NCBI GenBank assembly: GCA_001782825.1
Contig: MFPS01000003.1
Span: 44,353 to 108,352 of the forward strand
Direction of reading: 5' to 3'
DNA length: 64,000 bases
Source: Candidatus Magasanikbacteria bacterium RIFCSPHIGHO2_01_FULL_33_34
Lineage (GTDB): Bacteria > Patescibacteriota > Patescibacteriia > Magasanikbacterales > UBA922
The position numbers and the translations under genes were made by a program. Below, one piece after another: positions 47,214 to 55,871 of this stretch; position 1 is the stretch's first letter, and every line of letters starts with the position of its first letter. Under the pieces are notes generated by a model. It was not told the origin of the DNA. It searched no databases and saw nothing but the letters and a program-made list of their open reading frames with translations.

Positions 47214-49457
47214 TTATAAGTTAGACATAGCCCAATTTGTCAGTTGATCTGGAGCCAAAAAACGATTGGAATGATCTGGGTTTCCCATGGTAATGATAAT
47301 AAATTTCTTTGCGTCTTTATTTCTTTGGACTAGCATAGCTAATCCATCACCAGCTTCATCTAGGTAACCAGTTTTACTGTTGATTATATTATAGGCTGTA
47401 TGGGTTTGTTGTACAAGCTGATTGGTGTGATCATCATAATGGTGAGGCAATCCGTCAATATCTTTCAATTCATCATATTCATAAGATTTGAGCCCAAGTA
47501 AGGTATTAACTTCATTATTGTTTATAGCTTTTTTGTATATTGTCAAGTATTCTCTGGCAGTTGATTTTGTGCCTAAATTTTCACCAGTTACTGAATCAAA
47601 TATTGTATTTTTTAGACCTAATTCTTTGGCAGTTGTATTCATACGAGAGATAAATTTGGATTCATCTTCTTCAACCGAGTCTACCAACATTCGCATAGCT
47701 GTATTTAATGATGAAATTAGTCCAGCATAGAGCAAATCTCTATTGAACAGTTTTTCACCTTCTACGATTCTAAAAGTATGATAAGTTGCTTTGTGGTCAG
47801 TTGGATCATAGGTTTTACTTCCATTTAAGTTTATACCTTCTTTCATAAGTTGATAAGCTGTCATAACTTTGGCAAATGAAGCAATTGGCCGTATATCATC
47901 TATATTTTTTCCAGATATTATTTCGCCTGTAACATAGTCAGCAATTAAATAGGTGTTGATATTGGTATCAAATGTATTACCAATGTATTTTGTTTCTGAT
48001 GCTGGAGTTTTGATCATTTTTTCGTTTACTGGTTCTACATTAATACTTGGGGCAATTGTAGTATTATCAGCAATTTGGATTTGGCGTTTCAAGTACAAAG
48101 GTTGACCGGTAGGGTGATTAAGTCCAGTAAATTCATCTACCCAAATAATATTGTTCCAGTCAAAACCAAGTCCATTAAAAACATCTTCACTGGCAATATG
48201 GCGTTTTTTGCTATTTTCTACTACATAAATTTTGTTGCTTCCAGTTATTCCAAATAATGTTCCATCTCTGAGTTTAAGTGGTTCGCCAGGTGTAAAGTTT
48301 GCCAGTTCAATTGCGCTAGTATTTTCAATATCAATATTTGGATAATTTATTTTGGCTATAGCTTCATCGGTTATAGGGTAGTATTTGCCGTCATTGATAT
48401 AGTATAGTTGTTTATTTTCTTTGATTTTTAAGATTCTACCAAGAGGGGTAGAAGTGCCTTCAATTATTGTATTGCCTAGAGAAAATGTAGATATATCAGA
48501 ACTATTTACTTCAATAATTTCATCAGGGTGATAACCTAAACTTTTTACTACATTGTAACTAGCAAATGGTCGAATAGAGTCATAATCAAGTAAATAATAA
48601 TCATTGCTATTTTTGAGGATTGAGTAATTTGGTAAAGAAATTTCTGTACCTAGTTCATAGTTGTTTAATTCAACTTCTGGTACGGGCAAAATATATTTTG
48701 GATCAAAACGGGTAATTAGCGCAGACATATTTTTGAATGGTCGTTTGATTCCGTCTTGTATTAGATAAATGGTTGAGCTATTTAAGCCTTTGACTAGACT
48801 ACCATTTGGGTAAACTTGATCAAACCATTTTTGCCAAAGATTCCAAAAATTTTTGTTGCCATGAACATGAGGGGTATAGGTGTAGAGAAAAGCTGTGGCT
48901 AAAGTGGCTGGTCTGATTGTCATGCCATCAATAGAATAAGTTTGTCCAGTGCGTTTTATCCAAGGTTGTATAAGTAGATTGTCATAATACCAACGGATAA
49001 TGGCGGCAGCACTATCAACTTGTATACCAAAGCCTTTGTGTTTTTGTAGAGCTGGATCATTCATACTACAACTATCACAAATGCCATAACCAGTAGCCCA
49101 GTCTAATTGTTTTTGGGTAGGGGAATTGGTTGTAATAAGGCTTTGTTCTTTTTGTAATTTTACAAGCAAGTATTTTGGATTGATTTTGTGATCAATAGCA
49201 GCTCGATAAATAATATCAGAAGCAGTTCTATTGACACCATTTATGTCTGGTCCGCGATAATCCACTAGGTAGCTGTTGTAATCTTTGAGAAAGGCTTGAA
49301 TATCTTCGCGGGTCATGCTTTTTGAGTTTTGGATTTCTTCATCACTGATTATATAATTTGGGTCAAAATTTTCTTCTACAGCCGAGACAAACAGGTGTGG
49401 CATTAGAATGCCACAGATAACAAAAATAGAGAATAATTTCCAAGTAAATTTATACAT
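47214..49457 (-). CDS. Secreted protein with a C-terminal D-alanyl-D-alanine carboxypeptidase (PBP5/S11-like) domain and a large N-terminal extension
   Basis: It has a signal peptide. The C-terminal domain has the SxxK (ASFAK), SxN (SLN) and KTG (SKTGY) motifs. Confidence 0.65.
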   Translation of the reverse strand: MYKFTWKLFSIFVICGILMPHLFVSAVEENFDPNYIISDEEIQNSKSMTREDIQAFLKDYNSYLVDYRGPDINGVNRTASDIIYRAAIDHKINPKYLLVKLQKEQSLITTNSPTQKQLDWATGYGICDSCSMNDPALQKHKGFGIQVDSAAAIIRWYYDNLLIQPWIKRTGQTYSIDGMTIRPATLATAFLYTYTPHVHGNKNFWNLWQKWFDQVYPNGSLVKGLNSSTIYLIQDGIKRPFKNMSALITRFDPKYILPVPEVELNNYELGTEISLPNYSILKNSNDYYLLDYDSIRPFASYNVVKSLGYHPDEIIEVNSSDISTFSLGNTIIEGTSTPLGRILKIKENKQLYYINDGKYYPITDEAIAKINYPNIDIENTSAIELANFTPGEPLKLRDGTLFGITGSNKIYVVENSKKRHIASEDVFNGLGFDWNNIIWVDEFTGLNHPTGQPLYLKRQIQIADNTTIAPSINVEPVNEKMIKTPASETKYIGNTFDTNINTYLIADYVTGEIISGKNIDDIRPIASFAKVMTAYQLMKEGINLNGSKTYDPTDHKATYHTFRIVEGEKLFNRDLLYAGLISSLNTAMRMLVDSVEEDESKFISRMNTTAKELGLKNTIFDSVTGENLGTKSTAREYLTIYKKAINNNEVNTLLGLKSYEYDELKDIDGLPHHYDDHTNQLVQQTHTAYNIINSKTGYLDEAGDGLAMLVQRNKDAKKFIIITMGNPDHSNRFLAPDQLTNWAMSNL

Positions 49458-49532
49458 ATAGTTTAATACGTTTTTTATATTGTAGCATAGTTTTTGTGAG
49501 AAAAAAAGCTGTTTTTTTATTATGTATTTATA

Positions 49533-49724
49533 GATTATATTAGTATTGTCTATATTTTTAATTATGATTGTACTAATTTTAATTATTTGTTTTTACTCTC
49601 TGCCTGTCGGCAGGCAGAATTATCGTTTTGGCTCCGAGGTGATTGCCTGTTGTGGCAATCAAATCCGTAAAAATAAATAATTGGAACTAATGCTTAATTA
49701 TAAATAATGTTTTTATTTTTTACA
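49533..49724 (+). repeat. Nested-palindrome intergenic repeat, long variant with an inserted hairpin (copy h)
   Basis: A divergent 5' module precedes P1. The inserted hairpin is ctgcctg-tcgg-caggcag. The core is cgttttggctccgagg. The hairpin is gattgcc-tgttgt-ggcaatc. The 3' module follows. Confidence 0.85.
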
Positions 49725-49753
49725 ATTTATTATTTTGATAATTTTTATAAAAC

Positions 49754-49779
49754 AATGAGGAGCATTTACGCCCCTCATT
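49754..49779 (-). terminator. Hairpin (aatgagg...cctcatt) downstream of the minus-strand lipoprotein gene
   Basis: The stem is 7 bp, and a T/A-rich tract follows on the minus strand. Confidence 0.45.
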
Positions 49780-49793
49780 AGTCGATATAATTT

Positions 49794-50387
49794 TTATTTT
49801 GGATTTTCTAGGTTCCATGTGTAGACAAAGCGAACTTGTTTTTTTTCTAATACCAATTCAATTTTGGTTGTATGAGGTGTGATAATATCACGGTCATATA
49901 TAGTGAGATGGGCTTTGCCAACAAAAACAGTGATAGAGGTAAGTGTTGTTGGATTTCGCTCAAACCCTTCAATCAGAATTGGATCTCCATACAAATTTCG
50001 TGCTATAACGCGTCTGCGTTGTATATCCCACATTCGCGTTATTGATTCTATCTTTCTTTTACTGCATTCAACCTCATACTTTTTTTTGTTTATTTTTACG
50101 TAGATGTTCCACCCACACGGATCAGCGTATTCACGCCATTTGTGAGTAATTTCTACTTTGAAATTGATGCGATCGCGAGAAACTACAATAAATTTTGCAT
50201 AATTTACTAGTTTGAAATTGTAAAGTTCGTGATCACCACGGATAATATTGAGTGTATGCGAATCTTTTATAAAATCTGGATTTGATGCATAAAAGATTGG
50301 ATTGGGTTGTTTTGTGGTTTTTGAAAAAGTTTTTGTACAAGCTGAAGCTAGTATTAAAATGATCAAATAAAAATTAAATTTCGACAT
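49794..50387 (-). CDS. Hypothetical lipoprotein
   Basis: The signal peptide carries the lipobox LASAC, and an AGGAG SD precedes the start. Confidence 0.55.
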   Translation of the reverse strand: MSKFNFYLIILILASACTKTFSKTTKQPNPIFYASNPDFIKDSHTLNIIRGDHELYNFKLVNYAKFIVVSRDRINFKVEITHKWREYADPCGWNIYVKINKKKYEVECSKRKIESITRMWDIQRRRVIARNLYGDPILIEGFERNPTTLTSITVFVGKAHLTIYDRDIITPHTTKIELVLEKKQVRFVYTWNLENPK

Positions 50388-50532
50388 CGTTACTCCTGTC
50401 GCAAAGTTTTGTTTGTGAAAGAGCAGTATAAAATATACTATATCTACTATATCACATATTTTAAATTTGTTTTATTAAGTCAATTTTGTATATTGATTTA
50501 TGAATATATATATGATAATCTAATCACACAAT

Positions 50533-51201
50533 ATGAATGGAATTTTATATATAATATCTACCCCAATTGGTAATTTGGGGGATATAACTTTGCGAGCTGT
50601 AGCTACCCTAAAAGAGGTTAGTTGTGTTTTTTGTGAAGATACTCGCGTTACCAAGAATTTGCTTAATCATTTTGATATAAAAACTCCTACAAAAAGCTTT
50701 CATCAGCATTCAGATAGATCAAAATATAATGAAATTTTGGAGATTTTACAAAAAGGTGATAGTGTCGCTCTAGTGTCTGATGCGGGTACTCCAGGTATTA
50801 GTGATCCAGGCAGTGAATTGATTGCTTATATTCAAAAAGCAAATAAAGACATAAATATTGTTCCTGTGCCAGGTGTATCAGCCGTTGTAACAGCATTGTC
50901 TGTGAGTGGTTTTCCAGTAGATAAATTTGTTTTTATGGGTTTTCCACCAAACAAAAACAAGCGTAAAAAGTATTTTACAGAAGTTGCAAACAATAAGTAT
51001 GCAACTGCTTTTTATGAGTCCAATCATAGGATAGAAAAAGCAATAAAAGAGTTAGTGGAAGTTTTGCCAGAGGATACTGAAGTATTCATTGCGCGTGAAT
51101 TAACAAAAAAATTTGAGAGTTTTTATAAAGGAAAAATAAAAGATATTAAAGATATTGTAGTACCAAACAAAGGAGAATTTGTAGTAATTATCAAAAAATA
51201 A
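50533..51201 (+). CDS. rsmI: 16S rRNA (cytidine1402-2'-O)-methyltransferase
   Basis: LYIISTPIGNLGDIT...FCEDTR is the tetrapyrrole-methylase-like RsmI signature. Confidence 0.85.
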   Translation: MNGILYIISTPIGNLGDITLRAVATLKEVSCVFCEDTRVTKNLLNHFDIKTPTKSFHQHSDRSKYNEILEILQKGDSVALVSDAGTPGISDPGSELIAYIQKANKDINIVPVPGVSAVVTALSVSGFPVDKFVFMGFPPNKNKRKKYFTEVANNKYATAFYESNHRIEKAIKELVEVLPEDTEVFIARELTKKFESFYKGKIKDIKDIVVPNKGEFVVIIKK

Positions 51202-51202
51202 T

Positions 51203-52717
51203 ATGTCAAAATTTTATATCACCACCACTTTGCCTTATGTAAATTCCAATCCACATATTGGTTTTGCATTAGAAATTATCCAAGCTGATGCGATTGTTCG
51301 TTTTCGTCGCTTACTGGGGGACGATGTTTTTTATAATACTGGTACTGATGAGCATGGTTTAAAAATTTTTAGAAAAGCCGAAGAGCAAGGGGTTCCACCA
51401 CAAGAATATACTGATGAATGGGCAGATAAATTTCGCAAGCTTGAAGGGTTACTTAATCTAGACCACCCAACTTTTATTCGGACTACTGACAAAAATCATG
51501 TTTTAGCTGCACAAGCATTTTGGAAGATTTGTCTAGATAATGGGGATATATACAAAAAAAATTATCAAGTTAAATATTGTGTTGGTTGTGAATTGGAAAA
51601 AACTGAATCAGAATTGGTTGAGAATAGGTGTGCAGTTCATCCATCCCAAGAGCTTGAATTGATTGATGAGGAAAATTATTTTTTTAGTTTTTCAAAATAT
51701 GAGAAAGCACTTTTGGAATATTATGAAAGTAATCCAGAATTTGTTATTCCAAATTATAGGTTCAATGAAATAAAGGAATTTGTAAAAAGTGGATTAGAAG
51801 ATTTTAGTATTTCAAGAATAAAAGAAAAAATGCCATGGGGAGTGCCAGTGCCAGGAGATGAACAACATGTGATGTATGTTTGGTTTGATGCTCTTATCAA
51901 TTATATTTCCACCCTTGGTTGGCCAGAAAATACTCAGAATTTTGAGGATTATTGGGGAACAAATAATAAACCTAATGCTATACAAGTCGCTGGCAAAGAT
52001 AATTTGCGTCAACAATCAGCTATGTGGCAGGCAATGCTTGCGTCCGCTAGATTGCCATTTTCTAAACAAGTGTTTATTCATGGCTTTATTACTTCAGAAG
52101 GAAAAAAGATGAGTAAAAGCGAAGGTAATGTCGTGGATCCTTATGAAACAGTAAAAAAATATGGGGTAGATGCAGTCAGGTATTATTTGCTTGGAGCTAT
52201 TCCACCTTATGATGATGGGGATTTTTCCATAGAAAGGTTTGAAGAATTTTATAATGCTCATTTAGCAAACGGAGTAGGGAATTTGACTAGTAGAATTTTG
52301 ACTATGGTTGAGAAATATAGTGATGGTAAAGTACCAGATACAGCTGATGATATTTTTGATACCAAAATATTTTGGATTGAATATGAGAGATTTTTCAATC
52401 AGTACAAATTTGATGAGGTAGTTAAACTTACACAAGAGTTGGTAGGTCGTGTTGATAAGACAATTTCTTCTGAAAAACCATGGGAAAAAGAAAAAAATGG
52501 TGAAAATATTTTACCTTTGCTTTATCAGTTGACTGAAGCTTTGCGACATATTGCGATTGCTCTTTTGCCGATTATTCCTAGTAGTGCTGAGCAAATATTG
52601 AATAAATTAGGTATTGACAAAGCTTCGTTTACTTCATTTGAACAAGAAAAAAAATGGCAAAAATTGCAAAAAGGTGTTACAGTAAATAAAGGTGAAGCAT
52701 TGTTTCCGCGTATATAA
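51203..52717 (+). CDS. metG: Methionine--tRNA ligase
   Basis: PYVNSNPHIGF is the HIGH region, and KMSKS is present. Confidence 0.92.
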   Translation: MSKFYITTTLPYVNSNPHIGFALEIIQADAIVRFRRLLGDDVFYNTGTDEHGLKIFRKAEEQGVPPQEYTDEWADKFRKLEGLLNLDHPTFIRTTDKNHVLAAQAFWKICLDNGDIYKKNYQVKYCVGCELEKTESELVENRCAVHPSQELELIDEENYFFSFSKYEKALLEYYESNPEFVIPNYRFNEIKEFVKSGLEDFSISRIKEKMPWGVPVPGDEQHVMYVWFDALINYISTLGWPENTQNFEDYWGTNNKPNAIQVAGKDNLRQQSAMWQAMLASARLPFSKQVFIHGFITSEGKKMSKSEGNVVDPYETVKKYGVDAVRYYLLGAIPPYDDGDFSIERFEEFYNAHLANGVGNLTSRILTMVEKYSDGKVPDTADDIFDTKIFWIEYERFFNQYKFDEVVKLTQELVGRVDKTISSEKPWEKEKNGENILPLLYQLTEALRHIAIALLPIIPSSAEQILNKLGIDKASFTSFEQEKKWQKLQKGVTVNKGEALFPRI

Positions 52718-52731
52718 AAATTGGAGGGGAA

Positions 52732-52896
52732 ATGGGTCCTCAAAAAGTTATAAAAGATGATAGATTTTGTGGTGAGTGTGAACTTACAGTTTTGCATTTA
52801 GTCGTTGTATTTGAAGTTGTACGAATAGAAATATGTTGTGTGTGTTATGGTGTAACTAGATATACTGTAGAAAAAACTAAAATTCCACCAAATTAA
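52732..52896 (+). CDS. Small Cys-rich ORF (54 aa): MGPQKVIKDDRFCGECELTVLHLVVVFEVVRIEICCVCYGVTRYTVEKTKIPPN
   Basis: A strong SD (GGAGGGG) sits 4 nt upstream. It carries a CxxC plus CCxC pair. It is under the track cutoff. Confidence 0.4.
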   Translation: MGPQKVIKDDRFCGECELTVLHLVVVFEVVRIEICCVCYGVTRYTVEKTKIPPN

Positions 52897-53057
52897 TACA
52901 AAATTGTATATACAAAAAAGTAAAAAAATTTTACAGAAAGTAAAAAATTGAAAAAAATAGATTCGTTCAAAAAACAAATTCGTGCTTCACCATAAAGGCT
53001 CTTGCAAAAGAGCCTTCGTCTATTTATAAGTTGTAAATTGTTTATAAAAAAAAGTTG

Positions 53058-53090
53058 CCGGCCCCGACGAATCGGGACCGGACTTGGCCG
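53058..53090 (-). terminator. GC-rich nested hairpin (ccggcc-cccga-cgaa-tcggg-...ggccgg) plus a T-run on the minus strand
   Basis: The palindromes are visible. On the minus strand they are followed by cttttttttat. Confidence 0.6.
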
Positions 53091-53102
53091 GAGGGCTGGG
53101 AG

Positions 53103-53270
53103 CTAGTCCCAGCGGACGGGTCGGTGGAAGAACTGTTCCTCCGTATCCGAGAACACCGGGAGAGGAGGCACCTCGATGCCGAACTCCTTCTCGGTCTTCT
53201 CCGCCAGTATGGCGAAGAAATTCTCCAGCATCTTCAGCGTCAAACCACCATACTTCTTGTTCGTTTCCAT
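53103..53270 (-). CDS. Small (55 aa) ORF inside a GC-rich islet: METNKKYGGLTLKMLENFFAILAEKTEKEFGIEVPPLPVFSDTEEQFFHRPVRWD
   Basis: The ATG at 53270 is preceded by GGGGGATAC. Third-position GC is about 78%. A GC-rich terminator follows. Confidence 0.55.
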   Translation of the reverse strand: METNKKYGGLTLKMLENFFAILAEKTEKEFGIEVPPLPVFSDTEEQFFHRPVRWD

Positions 53271-53459
53271 AGTATCCCCCGTGACTTGTCCCACTCTGAC
53301 GTTATTGTCAGTTGATGGGAACAATACAGTATAGCATATTTTAACACTTTTGTCAAGACCTATTTGGAGTAATTTAGCTAAAATAAGCAAAAAAATATAA
53401 ATTTATTTGGTGATTTTTATTGCCTAAATTATAGTTATAATGTAGTATTAATGTAATAT

Positions 53460-54305
53460 ATGTTATTAGATACTCATTGTCATTTACAGTTCAAAGGATT
53501 TGATGAAGATAGGGGAGATGTTATAAAACGCATTGCAGAAAAAGGCGTTGTTTTGAATATTGTTGGCACGCAAAAAAATACTAGTAAGTTGGCAGTTGAA
53601 TTGGCAGAAAAATATGAAAATTTTTATGCATCAATCGGTACTCATCCGGTCCATTTGTTTCCTAGTCATATAGATGAAGAAGAATCTAGTTTTAAATCTC
53701 GTGAAGAAGATTTTGATGAAGAATATTATGGTGAATTGGTCAAATCAAAGAAAGTGATTGCTATTGGGGAGACTGGACTAGAATTATATCATTTGCCCAA
53801 AGACAAAACAGTTGAAGAAGTTTTGAAAAAACAAAAAGAGGTGTTTGTGGCCCATATTAATTTTGCAAAAAAACATGATTTGCCATTGGTGATACATTGT
53901 CGTGAAGCGCATGAAGAAATGGCAAATTTATTGGAAAGTTTTGGTAGAAATATAAGGGGCACAATGCATTGTTTTACAGGCAATTGGGAACAAGCACAAA
54001 AATATTTGAAATTAGGATTGTATTTGGGTTTTACTGGTGTAGTTACTTTTCCACCCAAAAAAACCAATCCTCAACAACAAATTGATTTGCTGGAGGTTTT
54101 GGAGCGGGCTCCACTGGATAGAATAGTCGTAGAAACTGACTCGCCATATCTTGCTCCGCAAATTTGTCGGGGTAAACGATGTGAACCGTGGATGGTAGAG
54201 GAAGTTGTAAAAAAATTGGCAGAAATAAGAAAAATGGAGTATAAGGAAGTAGAGGATCAGGTGGCAAAAAATACCTTGGCTTTGTTTACTAGAATTAATG
54301 CTTAA
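53460..54305 (+). CDS. tatD: TatD-family metal-dependent hydrolase
   Basis: The N-terminus is MLLDTHCHL. Conserved H/E/D metal ligands are present. Confidence 0.85.
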   Translation: MLLDTHCHLQFKGFDEDRGDVIKRIAEKGVVLNIVGTQKNTSKLAVELAEKYENFYASIGTHPVHLFPSHIDEEESSFKSREEDFDEEYYGELVKSKKVIAIGETGLELYHLPKDKTVEEVLKKQKEVFVAHINFAKKHDLPLVIHCREAHEEMANLLESFGRNIRGTMHCFTGNWEQAQKYLKLGLYLGFTGVVTFPPKKTNPQQQIDLLEVLERAPLDRIVVETDSPYLAPQICRGKRCEPWMVEEVVKKLAEIRKMEYKEVEDQVAKNTLALFTRINA

Positions 54306-54316
54306 TTATAAATAGC
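54294..54316 (+). repeat. Fragment of the repeat 3' module (attaatgcttaattataaatag) overlapping the tatD stop codon
   Basis: It matches the 3' modules of copies d and h. Confidence 0.5.
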
Positions 54317-54351
54317 ACTTTTAATTCTCACGAATAAATTTAAAAATGAGT

Positions 54352-54380
54352 TGACAGCATAACGTTTTTGTAGTAAACTG
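54352..54380 (+). promoter_or_regulatory. Promoter (TTGACA-17-TAAACT) for the ATP synthase operon
   Basis: The hexamers lie about 40 nt upstream of the atpI-like start. Confidence 0.5.
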
Positions 54381-54395
54381 GAGGCATTTCATATT

Positions 54396-54419
54396 AATAA
54401 TTAGAGATTATTAATTAGC
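54396..54419 (+). repeat. Solo outer-stem fragment of the short repeat (ttaataattagagattattaattag)
   Basis: It matches the 5' arm of copy f over 21 nt, and no core is present. Confidence 0.5.
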
Positions 54420-54422
54420 TAT

Positions 54423-54731
54423 ATGGCCTTATTACCAAAAGATCAACAAGATAGAAAATACATTTTGCTTGGTTTTAAGATCGTAGGTGATTTTGGGGCT
54501 ATTATTGCTATTCCGGTTGTAGTTTTTGTGCTAATAGCTCAATGGCTAGAAGGCAAATATGGTGGTTCACCATATATTACAATTACAGCTTTTGTCTTTG
54601 CGTCGGTTTTAACAGCTTATATGATAAAGAAAAAAGCCAAAGAATATGGAGCAGAGTATGAAAAACTTAATAACAAAAAAGCAGAAACTAATCAGAGTTT
54701 AGAGCAATTGAGAGAAGATAATATAGAATAA
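54423..54731 (+). CDS. Small membrane protein upstream of atpB (AtpI/AtpZ-like)
   Basis: It has two TM helices, and its position is typical of ATP-synthase protein I. Confidence 0.5.
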   Translation: MALLPKDQQDRKYILLGFKIVGDFGAIIAIPVVVFVLIAQWLEGKYGGSPYITITAFVFASVLTAYMIKKKAKEYGAEYEKLNNKKAETNQSLEQLREDNIE

Positions 54732-54733
54732 TT

Positions 54734-55519
54734 ATGTCACAAATTCATATACCATCATTTGCACCGGAAGTGATATTTCATATCGGACCTATCGCAATTA
54801 CCAATACAATTATAAATGTATGGATGGCTATTTTGGTTTTTTTGGCATTAGGATTGTTTATAAGGAAAAATATTAAAAATAAACCTGGTAAATTGCAAAA
54901 TGGATGTGAATTTATTTTGGAATTGCTTTTGCCATATTTTGATCAAGTAACAGGGGATCGCAAAAAGACCATGAGATTTTTACCGATAGTAGGTTCGATT
55001 TTCTTTTTTATTTTACTTTCAAATTGGCTTGGCTTGTTGCCGGGTACAGGAAGTTTGAAATTTGGTCATAATTTTGTTTTGCGCCCAGCCAATAGTGATT
55101 TGAATTTGACTTTGGCAATGGCGTTGGTGTCTGTGATTTCTTCTCATGTATTTGGTTTTATAACAGTTGGTGTTTTCACTCATCTTGGTAAATTTGTTCA
55201 AATCGGAGGAATTATAAAAAGTTTTAGAAAAGGTCCGATTGCTATTTTTACTGCTATTATAGAATTTTTTGTGGGGATTTTGGAAATCATTAGTGAGATA
55301 GCCAAAATATTATCACTTTCTTTACGTCTGTTTGGTAATATTTTTGCTGGCGAAGTTTTGATTACGGTTATTGGTAGTTTGGTGGCTGTATTTATTCCGG
55401 CTCCGTTTATGTTGTTGGAAATATTGGTAGGATTGATACAGGCATCAGTATTTGCAATGTTGACTTTGGTTTATTTGACGGTTGCAACAGCAGTACCACA
55501 TGGTGTAGAAGAACATTAA
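54734..55519 (+). CDS. atpB: ATP synthase F0 subunit a
   Basis: It has 5-6 TM helices, and the LSLRLFGNIFAGE motif includes the conserved Arg. Confidence 0.9.
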   Translation: MSQIHIPSFAPEVIFHIGPIAITNTIINVWMAILVFLALGLFIRKNIKNKPGKLQNGCEFILELLLPYFDQVTGDRKKTMRFLPIVGSIFFFILLSNWLGLLPGTGSLKFGHNFVLRPANSDLNLTLAMALVSVISSHVFGFITVGVFTHLGKFVQIGGIIKSFRKGPIAIFTAIIEFFVGILEIISEIAKILSLSLRLFGNIFAGEVLITVIGSLVAVFIPAPFMLLEILVGLIQASVFAMLTLVYLTVATAVPHGVEEH

Positions 55520-55608
55520 TTTATTAATTAATTTATATTTTTAATTGATATTATCCACGAGTTTAAAAATTATTTCCACTCGTCGGCCCTAGTATTAAAG
55601 AAAGGTAA

Positions 55609-55845
<237 letters not shown>

Positions 55846-55871
55846 AGTAAATCAACACAAATTGGCTACAT

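Noticed and set aside
216-49724. The repeat family as a CRISPR array
   Set aside because: Spacing between copies is irregular and runs to kilobases. The copies are separated by whole genes rather than short unique spacers. I recognise no cas genes.
53055-53315. Plus-strand ORFs 53055..53315 (86 aa) and 53084..53272 (62 aa) in the second GC-rich islet
   Set aside because: They are P/R/S/G-rich with low GC3 bias, as expected for wrong-frame reads of high-GC coding DNA. The minus-strand frame has about 78% GC3, an SD and a terminator.
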